Virus record (IMG/VR): IMGVR_UViG_3300037189_023236
DNA: 64,000 bases
Reading direction: 5' to 3' (one strand)
Origin: a virus
Both the position numbers and the translations under genes were made by a program. Shown in pieces: positions 8,021 through 15,105 of this stretch. The notes under the pieces were generated by a model. That model was not told where the DNA came from, ran no database searches, and worked only from the letters and a program-made list of their open reading frames with translations. Each line of letters opens with the position of its first letter. Positions within the stretch are counted from its first letter, which is position 1.

Positions 8021-8392
8021 TTATTTGTCGGTCGTGAACGCCGCCGACTTTTTCTCGAGTTCGTTTGCAGCAGCTTGCACCGCGGAGCCCCTGTCGTAGC
8101 CGGCGTGCCAGATCTCGTTGTAATACTCCGGCCGTTCGGCCGCAGACACAACGCCGGCTACGAACCAACGCGTGTGGTCCGCTTCATCTGCTACGCGCGC
8201 CTGCTGCAGTTCGTACGTGATGTCTCGAATCTGATCGTCGGCGATCTTCATCGCTTCCTTCGTGATTCTGAGCTCATCTCGCAGTCGGTTGGCGTCAAAC
8301 CAACTGTTGATTGTGATCTGCAGTAGCACAAGCGATAGGCAGCACGTGATCACCGCCAGGAACTCAGAAAACGTCATTTTTCTATCCGTCAT
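8021..8392 (-). CDS. Hypothetical protein with N-terminal TM segment and coiled coil
   Basis: AAGGA RBS and a hydrophobic N-terminus. Confidence 0.7.
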   Translation of the reverse strand: MTDRKMTFSEFLAVITCCLSLVLLQITINSWFDANRLRDELRITKEAMKIADDQIRDITYELQQARVADEADHTRWFVAGVVSAAERPEYYNEIWHAGYDRGSAVQAAANELEKKSAAFTTDK

Positions 8393-8420
8393 TTGAAGAG
8401 TCCTTTCTTGTTAAACACCA

Positions 8421-8615
8421 TCACTCAACGTGCGACGATACACGTTGATACGATTCAATGCAGGATACGAGTCTTTTCCACAGGTTTTCCTCCCGCGGCG
8501 TCAACTCATACCCCGCCTCCTCAGCCTCTCGAACGCGGTCCACCAACCCTAACGCGCTATGATAGTCGAACTTATCAAGCGCGTTTCGCAGTTCCGTTGC
8601 GAATTTTGCCGGCAT
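8421..8615 (-). CDS. Small hypothetical protein
   Basis: AGGAGG RBS. Confidence 0.65.
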   Translation of the reverse strand: MPAKFATELRNALDKFDYHSALGLVDRVREAEEAGYELTPREENLWKRLVSCIESYQRVSSHVE

Positions 8616-8765
8616 GGCACCTCCTATGCCTTTTTCTTTTTCGGTTTCCTGGTTTCGTACTTAATGCTCGGCAGGGCTGTTGTTTTCTCTTTTTTACGGT
8701 CAGCCCACCAAGTATTGTTCCACTTTTTTGCGCCGTCAGATGCCATACACGCCGCACTCCAATTA

Positions 8766-9137
8766 CTACCCGATCTTCAACGAGTCCGGCAGCATATCCT
8801 TCTTGGGATTGTACTGCAAGAGCTGTTGCAATTTGGGAAACCGCGCAATGACCCCGATAACGATACGCCGAGCATCGCCGGACTCAATCGTCGGTTTGGT
8901 GAAGTAGTTCGCTTCGAGCGTCGTGAGGCGAAACATTTCCACCAGCAAATCCCACCGTTGGTTTTCATTGAGCCGCTCGATGGCTCGCCGAAAATACGTC
9001 TCGTCATCTTTGGCGTCCTGGTCCAGCAAAACCTCGCCGGCCTGCCAGAACTGGCAAAGACCGAACGCGAAATCCGCAATCCTGAGCGCCATGTAATCCT
9101 TGTAGGCCTTATCGGTCATGCGCTTTTTACGCGTCAT
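8766..9137 (-). CDS. Hypothetical protein (start uncertain)
   Basis: ORF tiles between its neighbours. Confidence 0.6.
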   Translation of the reverse strand: MTRKKRMTDKAYKDYMALRIADFAFGLCQFWQAGEVLLDQDAKDDETYFRRAIERLNENQRWDLLVEMFRLTTLEANYFTKPTIESGDARRIVIGVIARFPKLQQLLQYNPKKDMLPDSLKIG

Positions 9138-9139
9138 GC

Positions 9140-9772
9140 TTAATCCCATAGGGCTTCGTAATATTTGCCAAAAAGCGTAAGCCCGTGCCGCTTTCTGGCT
9201 TCCCATTTCTGATAGCCTTCTTTGTCAAAGTCTATCTTGCCGCCGAACACATCGTTCGAATCCGTCGGATGATGTTTGAAAAACTGGGAATCTGAATCCT
9301 CGTCCACAACCTGATGAAACGCCCAGATCATTTCATCAAGCACCCAGTCCCACCGCTTGAAATGATTCTCGTCGATATGCCCTATGGCCGCTTTTTCAGG
9401 TGGCAAGGGCGGCGTGGCAGTAGACCGCAACTCCTCCGGGACGTCGCTATCGTCCACGTATGGGCTGCCGATCTTATTCTTTTTCAGCAGTTCGAGCGTG
9501 GGAAGAATAATAAGACCAAGCGAGTGATCTGCGCTCCACACATCGTAGTCATGAATGCGCACGCGGATTTTACGCTTAGTCCGCGCGTCTACCCAATCAT
9601 CGATCGGCCGAAGCCACCCAAACCATTTGCGCACAAATGCTACGCGCTGCTCGTATCGGTCGAGCGCCTTGGCTTCGTTGTCTTGTTTTCGATCAGTCGC
9701 CCAAAAAACCAACCGCTTTGCCCACGCGTATGGGTTAAACCAGTTGTTATACGGTCCGATGTAAACCTGCAT
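9140..9772 (-). CDS. Conserved myovirus-type hypothetical protein
   Basis: M.VYIGPY, D.WS.DH.L..II.P.L and RWDWVLDEMIWAF motifs. Confidence 0.8.
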   Translation of the reverse strand: MQVYIGPYNNWFNPYAWAKRLVFWATDRKQDNEAKALDRYEQRVAFVRKWFGWLRPIDDWVDARTKRKIRVRIHDYDVWSADHSLGLIILPTLELLKKNKIGSPYVDDSDVPEELRSTATPPLPPEKAAIGHIDENHFKRWDWVLDEMIWAFHQVVDEDSDSQFFKHHPTDSNDVFGGKIDFDKEGYQKWEARKRHGLTLFGKYYEALWD

Positions 9773-9803
9773 TCAGCCTCCGTTGTTGATGCCGTCAATC
9801 CAG

Positions 9804-10161
9804 TGGACCCGGCGGGAGTCGAACCCGCGTCCAGAGACAGATTGATAACAGACGTCTACGTGCGTATCTAGGTATTTAATCTCGTTTGCGCAGCTCCACC
9901 CAGCGGGATATGCAGCAAACCAGCCCAGAACGTATTTAGGCGCAGCAGTACCAGGCAGTGTGCTGCGCCGAGTCGGATTTGGCGACCGCTTAGAAAACCC
10001 TTCCGACTGGGGCTAACTTCGCGGGCTACCGACCTTTTGGGTCAGGCAGCGAGAGCAAGAGGAGCGCCTCTTAGCGTTTGGTCTGCTTTTAACGTGGCCA
10101 ACAGACCAACCACGGCACGCGATCTGAAATCTCACCATCCTGTCGATACCAGTACGGGCCC
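9804..10161 (-). ncRNA. ssrA: tmRNA (tag peptide (A)GAPLALAA)
   Basis: The 5' end is GGGCCCGTACTGGTATCGAC and the 3' end is GCGGGTTCGACTCCCGC-CGGGTCCA, giving an acceptor stem with a G3:U wobble. The tag ORF at 10068-10042 ends LALAA-stop. Length 358 nt. Confidence 0.93.
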
Positions 10162-10163
10162 AG

Positions 10164-10237
10164 TGCTCAAGGTGGGAGTCGAACCCACAACAAATAGATC
10201 CTAAGTCTATCGCCTCTGCCAGTTGGGCTACCTGAGC
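10164..10237 (-). tRNA. tRNA-Leu(UAG), short variable loop
   Basis: Cloverleaf with anticodon arm ATAGA-CTTAGGA-TCTAT; 74 nt; no encoded CCA. Confidence 0.88.
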
Positions 10238-10245
10238 AAACCAAA

Positions 10246-10464
10246 CTAACGCGTAACTTTTGGTTTATATTCGTTTGAAGACACGCGGTAATTACCGTCT
10301 TTGTCTCTGGTGATTAGCAACACTAATGGAAACTGCCGGTAGTGCGCGCGCAGTAAATCGTCATTTGCGGAGTCAGTGTCGTTAGCATCTGTATCAACGA
10401 CGCCAAACGCAAGCCCGTCTTCAGCTGTGAATCCAACGACTAGATTCTTAGCGCAGTATTCCAA
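10246..10464 (-). CDS. Small hypothetical protein
   Basis: GGAGGA RBS with TTG start. Confidence 0.55.
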   Translation of the reverse strand: MEYCAKNLVVGFTAEDGLAFGVVDTDANDTDSANDDLLRAHYRQFPLVLLITRDKDGNYRVSSNEYKPKVTR

Positions 10465-10591
10465 TGAGATATCCTCCCATGAAGGCTAAAACAAGAAGCA
10501 ATATAACGCCTATAACCATCGCCTGCGCGAACTCGGCGTCTGGCGGTTTTTGTGGCGGCCTGTATGTCACGTGCTTTCTCCCTAAAGAACA

Positions 10592-10664
10592 TGACCCCAT
10601 GGGGATTCGAACCCCAGTATCCACCGTGAAAGGGTGGTGTCCTAGGCCTCTAGACGATGGGGCC
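10592..10664 (-). tRNA. tRNA-Glu(UUC)
   Basis: Cloverleaf with anticodon arm CCACC-CTTTCAC-GGTGG. Confidence 0.93.
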
Positions 10665-10671
10665 GCCTTTC

Positions 10672-10878
10672 TCAGGCGATTGTCGTCTTTCTATCGTACT
10701 TTGTGAAGATCGCTCCGGCAGTTAGGGCGTCCGCCTCTTCCGGGTCGCTAAGGCGGACATATTCGGCAAAGGCGGCGCGGTAGTCTTCGAACGACTCGTC
10801 TTTCTTGGGATGCCGCCAACTCCAAATCTTTGTTGCGCGATTAAACACAACTTCCGGATCAGCAAAATCCATGGGCAT
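10672..10878 (-). CDS. Small hypothetical protein
   Basis: GGAGA RBS before ATG 10878. Confidence 0.6.
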   Translation of the reverse strand: MPMDFADPEVVFNRATKIWSWRHPKKDESFEDYRAAFAEYVRLSDPEEADALTAGAIFTKYDRKTTIA

Positions 10879-11140
10879 GTGTCGTCTCCAGGTACTCGAT
10901 GTCGCAGTCAGGAACGTGCTCATTGTAGGGCGCAAATAGTACTTCGTTCTTTGCGTTGATCCGCATTTCTGTCCAACAGCCCGCACTGTCTCTGTATATC
11001 ACGCGCCTATGCAAATATCTGGCCTGCAAGTCACGGGCTACAGCGGCGGCAGAATTTGTAATCGATATGCCGCGCATTTCAAGATCTACAATAAAAACGC
11101 GATCGCTTTCTACGTGAATCACAGCGTAATCCGCTTTCAT
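10859..11140 (-). CDS. Small hypothetical protein
   Basis: AAGGA RBS; SITN.A..V...RRVIYRDS.G.W motif. Confidence 0.7.
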   Translation of the reverse strand: MKADYAVIHVESDRVFIVDLEMRGISITNSAAAVARDLQARYLHRRVIYRDSAGCWTEMRINAKNEVLFAPYNEHVPDCDIEYLETTHAHGFC

Positions 11141-11162
11141 TTAGCGTCCTTTCTACGAGAAA

Positions 11163-11235
11163 TAGGGCGGGGGAGAATCGAACTCCCGGCCACCAGCTTA
11201 TAAGGTTGGTGCTCTAACCACTGAGCTACCGCCCC
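11163..11235 (-). tRNA. tRNA-Ile(UAU)
   Basis: Cloverleaf with anticodon loop CTTATAA; one mismatch in the anticodon stem. Confidence 0.88.
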
Positions 11236-11239
11236 GCAT

Positions 11240-11313
11240 TAGGCGCAGAGGGACTCGAACCCCCAACATCCTGCGTGTAAAGCAGGTGCTCTAACCAATT
11301 GAGCTATGCGCCT
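11240..11313 (-). tRNA. tRNA-Val(UAC)
   Basis: Cloverleaf with anticodon arm CCTGC-TTTACAC-GCAGG. Confidence 0.93.
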
Positions 11314-11422
11314 CCAGAGATTACTCTGCCCGCTGGCCGATATCGGGATTGCCGGGTGTCATCTCCGGTGCCTCCACTCGCAGCAGCCGCGACAACGCCC
11401 CACTTTCGCTGAAGAGCGTAAT

Positions 11423-11545
11423 TCAGCGGCGGCGGCGATGCCATCGCGGCCGATGGCTGGGCTTATGCGGGAACCCGATAGACAATGCGAGCATCATCAC
11501 GCCGAATACCGCCAACGCCAGGACGATAACCACTGTTTCGCTCAT
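11423..11545 (-). CDS. 40-aa membrane micro-protein (not in ORF track)
   Basis: GAGAGGG RBS; MSETVVIVLALAVFGVMMLALSIGFPHKPSHRPRWHRRRR. Confidence 0.6.
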   Translation of the reverse strand: MSETVVIVLALAVFGVMMLALSIGFPHKPSHRPRWHRRRR

Positions 11546-11572
11546 TGTTCCCTCTCTGATTCCCCGAAAACT

Positions 11573-11618
11573 ATCCTGCGTGTAAAGCAGGTGCTCTAAC
11601 CAATTGAGCTATGCGCCT
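11573..11618 (-). pseudogene. 5' fragment of tRNA-Val(UAC), part of a 63-bp direct repeat (11573-11635 vs 11268-11330)
   Basis: Identical to tRNA-Val positions 1-46, but lacks the T arm and the 3' acceptor strand. Confidence 0.85.
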
Positions 11619-11625
11619 ACGGAGA

Positions 11626-11970
11626 TTACTCTGCCTGCAGTTTCGTGTTCCGCCTCCAGTACGTCACACCATTTAGCCACCGCCACTGCAGCCGGCGAAA
11701 AAACCGCCTGATGACGCGCTTGATTTTGTGCCATCGCGTGTTTAGGCCGTGCGCGTTGATATAGGCCGTGTAACTGCGCATTACCTCATCGTCGGACAGG
11801 CCTGATAGCAAATAAATATCGCACGCTGTGCAATAATCGCACGGGATGTTGCTTACCGGCACTTGGTGAAGTTTGCCGTCTACACGCATACCCCATACGT
11901 CATTCAGCACAGCCGACAGCATCCCGGCGCCGCACATGGGGCAGCTTACTGTTTTGATTTTTCGCGTCAA
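11626..11970 (-). CDS. YgiT/MqsA-type zinc-ribbon protein
   Basis: CPMCG...VSNIPCDYCTACD pattern; TTG start overlaps the upstream stop. Confidence 0.6.
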   Translation of the reverse strand: MTRKIKTVSCPMCGAGMLSAVLNDVWGMRVDGKLHQVPVSNIPCDYCTACDIYLLSGLSDDEVMRSYTAYINAHGLNTRWHKIKRVIRRFFRRLQWRWLNGVTYWRRNTKLQAE

Positions 11971-12221
11971 TTTGTTTCTCCAATCGCTCGTTGAATTTCG
12001 CGCACAATGCGATTGCTGATCGCATCCATATCCGGGCACTGCGCGTCACAATCGTCGCAGATCCACATATCGACGTCGAAGCTGATCGGCATTGGCTGCA
12101 GAAACTCGGGCTGCGTCATCTCGCCGTTCTCGAGATGTCCGCCGTATTCTGCGCGTACTTCAACCTTATCCAGGCGAAGATTTGCGCTGTCGCAGTTACC
12201 GCACTTGTCCGGCTTTTCCAT
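11967..12221 (-). CDS. Zinc-ribbon protein
   Basis: CGNC...CDDC. Confidence 0.6.
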   Translation of the reverse strand: MEKPDKCGNCDSANLRLDKVEVRAEYGGHLENGEMTQPEFLQPMPISFDVDMWICDDCDAQCPDMDAISNRIVREIQRAIGETN

Positions 12222-12498
12222 GCGTGACTTCCCTTTCAAACCGTGGAAACGTCGCTTTGCAATCAGGGCATTGCCACTCCCATACGCCGTCGTAACGGCC
12301 GGGATGCTCAACGCCGACCAGTCGACTGAATTTGTACGGCAAGCTGTAGCTCTCTTGAATCAAATACCACAGCTCATAGTCAGCTTTGTCTGCATAATGC
12401 GGCATTGCCCGGAAACACTCGAATATGCCGCCAGCGTCCCAACTGCTTCCGCATTTGGGGCAATTTCCATAATGATCTATTGCGCGTTCTGTCAGCAT
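12196..12498 (-). CDS. Zinc-ribbon phage protein
   Basis: CPKC...YDGV.EWQCPDC; GAGGAG RBS. Confidence 0.7.
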   Translation of the reverse strand: MLTERAIDHYGNCPKCGSSWDAGGIFECFRAMPHYADKADYELWYLIQESYSLPYKFSRLVGVEHPGRYDGVWEWQCPDCKATFPRFEREVTHGKAGQVR

Positions 12499-12509
12499 TA
12501 GCTCCTCGC

Positions 12510-12536
12510 ATAGCTAAAGAAAACGCGCGCATGGGG
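12510..12536 (-). terminator. Tailed terminator (T6) whose stem encloses tRNA-Leu(UAA)
   Basis: 12525-12536 is the inverted repeat of 12616-12627, followed by GTTTTCTTTAGCTAT. Confidence 0.6.
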
Positions 12537-12619
12537 TGGGGCTGGTGGGAATCGAACCCACACGGGATTACTCCCAGCGGATTTTAAGTCCGCTGCGGCT
12601 GCCGTTACGCCACAACCCC
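12537..12619 (-). tRNA. tRNA-Leu(UAA)
   Basis: Cloverleaf with a long variable arm; anticodon arm GCGGA-CTTAAAA-TCCGC. Confidence 0.93.
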
Positions 12620-12632
12620 ATGCGCGCAAAAA

Positions 12633-12848
12633 TCAGTTGTTAGGCTTCCAGATCCACCACTGCCCGTTGTGGAAGCAGTACCAGTCTTTGCCGTCGTAGT
12701 AATACTGAGGCTGACTGGTTTGAACCTGTGGCGCGGGCTGCTGCATCCTTTGCTGCACCCGAGCCTGAACATTACTGACGCCCTGTTGTACCATCGGTTG
12801 AACGATCGGGACAACAAACGACAAGATCAGCATGACGATCCAGTTCAT
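12633..12848 (-). CDS. Small exported/membrane protein
   Basis: AAGGAGG RBS, hydrophobic N-terminus, Q-rich linker and aromatic C-terminus. Confidence 0.7.
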   Translation of the reverse strand: MNWIVMLILSFVVPIVQPMVQQGVSNVQARVQQRMQQPAPQVQTSQPQYYYDGKDWYCFHNGQWWIWKPNN

Positions 12849-12885
12849 TTTCCCCTCCTTGAGAAAAAGAAGCCACGGCGCTCGG

Positions 12886-12958
12886 TGGGGCCGCTGGGGC
12901 TCGAACCCAGGACCAACGGATTAAAAGTCCGATGCTCTACCGACTGAGCTACAGCCCC
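12886..12958 (-). tRNA. tRNA-Lys(UUU)
   Basis: Cloverleaf with anticodon loop CTTTTAA. Confidence 0.93.
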
Positions 12959-12981
12959 ACCGAACGCCGGGGCTAAATCGA

Positions 12982-13164
12982 TCACTTCGAAACGCGCTCG
13001 CGCTTCGATTTGCGCAACAGCGCCGCGATGAGCCGCTGCTTATGCCGCCAATCAAGCGATTCGAACTCGGCATTCCTCGCCGAGTCGATATCTACATTGC
13101 TGGCGATTTCGCTGAACCGCCGCCTGTCGTGACCATCCAAATTGGCCAAGCGCATGACTCGCAT
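12982..13164 (-). CDS. Small hypothetical protein
   Basis: AAGGAGG RBS; downstream of P5. Confidence 0.65.
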   Translation of the reverse strand: MRVMRLANLDGHDRRRFSEIASNVDIDSARNAEFESLDWRHKQRLIAALLRKSKRERVSK

Positions 13165-13210
13165 GCTCCCTCCTTGAGAAAAGAGACAATGAAAACACAT
13201 ACCGTATTAA

Positions 13211-13238
13211 ATATGCCGTGTTTTCTGTCGTTATTTAG
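13211..13238 (-). promoter_or_regulatory. Promoter-like box (P5)
   Basis: CTAAAT-N15-GGCATAT. Confidence 0.75.
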
Positions 13239-13301
13239 CTACGCGCTGGTAGCTAAAAAAAAAAGGAGCAAGTTTGCCTTTTTTTAGCTACCAGCGCGTA
13301 G
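13239..13301. repeat. Perfect 23-bp inverted repeat made of two terminator tails (T7)
   Basis: CTACGCGCTGGTAGCTAAAAAAA / TTTTTTTAGCTACCAGCGCGTAG. Confidence 0.85.
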
Positions 13302-13346
13302 TTGATAAATGTATTTGTATGTATTGCGTTTTTTACGCGCCATCTA

Positions 13347-13374
13347 ATATGCCAGCTTAATTCGTCGTATTTAG
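13347..13374 (-). promoter_or_regulatory. Promoter-like box (P6)
   Basis: CTAAAT-N15-GGCATAT; overlaps the stop of ORF 13371. Confidence 0.75.
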
Positions 13375-13562
13375 GCGGCGTCATGCCAGCTAAATGTCAT
13401 CTGTTTTGGATCGCTGTAATCAATTTTGTCGCCGAGTTCGAAGAAACAATCCAACAGAGCTTGACGTAAGACAGAAATCTCTTGTCGCGCAGGTACCGGA
13501 ATGTGTAGTTCATACCGCTGCTCCGGCCCAAATTTAAGCGTTACGTACTCAGGCGAAGTCAT
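13371..13562 (-). CDS. Small hypothetical protein
   Basis: AAGGAG RBS; overlaps the end of tdk. Confidence 0.6.
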   Translation of the reverse strand: MTSPEYVTLKFGPEQRYELHIPVPARQEISVLRQALLDCFFELGDKIDYSDPKQMTFSWHDAA

Positions 13563-14184
13563 GCGGAACTCCTTTTGCCCAAAGTTTGCGTTGATTGTCC
13601 TTCCACTCTAGATAACGCACATGCCGCAACTCGTAGCATGACGCGCACACAGGAATATACGTGTCTTCGAACCCGAGCTCTACGGTTGGCCCGTCTAATA
13701 CTGGTTTGTTGTTTTTGATCTTCAGATTAAACACAGCCTTGCGATCGCAATCTGTGCATGTTGTTTTGATCTCTTCTATCGTATCGGCCAGCTCCATTAA
13801 CCGTTTCGACGCGGGAAATAATTCAAGTCGGAAGTCTGTGCGCAGGCCATAACAAATAACGGGAATGCCGTTTTCGACAGCGTGCGCAATCTTGTGTAGC
13901 CGTTCTACCGTTGTAACCGGCAAGAACTGCGCTTCATCTACAAGAATGCACGAAACGTTTTTTGTTTCAGTCAGATCTAGTGCGCCGCTATCCGGCACAA
14001 CAATATCAGCCGTGGCTGTTAAACCAGCTCGCGTGCCAATTGTTTTTGATCCGAATCTTGTGTCGACGGCCGGCTTGATGAGCAATACATTTTTGCGCTG
14101 CTGTCGATAATTGTGCGCAACGGCCAGAAGATTTAGAGTTTTTGCGCTACCAACAACACCGTACCGGAAGTACAGCTTAGCCAT
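13549..14184 (-). CDS. tdk: Thymidine kinase
   Basis: YG..GSAKT, ILVDEAQF, ICYGLRTDF and zinc-binding CxxC pairs. Confidence 0.93.
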   Translation of the reverse strand: MAKLYFRYGVVGSAKTLNLLAVAHNYRQQRKNVLLIKPAVDTRFGSKTIGTRAGLTATADIVVPDSGALDLTETKNVSCILVDEAQFLPVTTVERLHKIAHAVENGIPVICYGLRTDFRLELFPASKRLMELADTIEEIKTTCTDCDRKAVFNLKIKNNKPVLDGPTVELGFEDTYIPVCASCYELRHVRYLEWKDNQRKLWAKGVPHDFA

Positions 14185-14186
14185 GC

Positions 14187-14555
14187 TTATAGCTCAAACC
14201 TTTTTGGAAGAACATCGTTTAGTGTCATGACTTCGTGACCAACAAAGATTTTTGTGTCTGGCGTGCCGAATTCTGCGATTACTTGCAGGCATGCGCCACA
14301 CGGATAGCAGTTATCGTGCGCTAGGCTGCACACGGCTATGGCATCAAGTTTGCGGCTGCCGGCGGCAATACCCGCAAAAATAGCCGAACGCTCCGCGCAA
14401 ATTGTCAGCCCATACGACTTGTTTTCTACGTTTACGCCGCAGTAAATTTTTCCATCGCTGAATTGTGCCGCGGCGCCGACGTAAAACCGAGAATAAGGCG
14501 CATGCGCTTTAACAGCAATTTTTTGCGCCATCTCTAAAAGCGGATTGTCGTGCAT
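14187..14555 (-). CDS. cdd: Cytidine deaminase
   Basis: APYSRF.VGAA, NVEN.SYGLTICAER and PCGAC.Q; true start is ATG 14555. Confidence 0.92.
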   Translation of the reverse strand: MHDNPLLEMAQKIAVKAHAPYSRFYVGAAAQFSDGKIYCGVNVENKSYGLTICAERSAIFAGIAAGSRKLDAIAVCSLAHDNCYPCGACLQVIAEFGTPDTKIFVGHEVMTLNDVLPKRFEL

Positions 14556-14586
14556 GGTGCTGGTTATACCAAGTAGATTTTGCGGG

Positions 14587-15102
14587 TCAAGTCCACGTCG
14601 ATAGCGCTGCGCGCATCCAGGTATTAGGCGCAACACACACATAAAAAAAATTTGTGTCGCGCGCAACCGCGCCAGTAACGCCAGAAGACGACGCGCTAGC
14701 CGGCGGGTCGACGAAGAACGCATAATCTCCGATTGGCTGTTTTTGGTCAAGCGCTTCGTCCAAGCCGGCGACGTCGGCGATTGTGTGCGTATGCGCAACC
14801 GGCGTGCGGGCGTCAGTTAGCCGCGGATCGCTGTTTAACGCGTAATCCCCAGCTGGTTGTTTATTGTTCAGCGCAGTTTGCAGCCCAATCACATCCGACA
14901 AAGCAACAACAGAACTGTAGCCAGAAGAGCTATTCGCGTAAGGTAGCTGCAGCCAATAAAGCTCGCCGTTGCCGATTTTAAATCGCCCGGTGTCTAGTTC
15001 TATGATTATCTCGCCCGCTTCGAGAAGCGGATTCAGCTCGACCAAATCGGCAGCTGTTCCGCGTTTTAGTTGAATAAGCTGGAACGTTTGGTGCAATGCC
15101 AT
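14587..15102 (-). CDS. Tail fibre-like protein with Mtd-type N-terminal motif
   Basis: IQLKRGTAA...NPLL..GE...ELDTG.FKIG.G and HTH.IADV.GL repeats. Confidence 0.75.
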   Translation of the reverse strand: MALHQTFQLIQLKRGTAADLVELNPLLEAGEIIIELDTGRFKIGNGELYWLQLPYANSSSGYSSVVALSDVIGLQTALNNKQPAGDYALNSDPRLTDARTPVAHTHTIADVAGLDEALDQKQPIGDYAFFVDPPASASSSGVTGAVARDTNFFYVCVAPNTWMRAALSTWT

Positions 15103-15105
15103 AAA

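Noticed and set aside
11802-11812. CTGATAGCAAA match to the terminator tail
   Set aside because: It lies inside a CDS with no hairpin or full U-tract, so it is probably chance.
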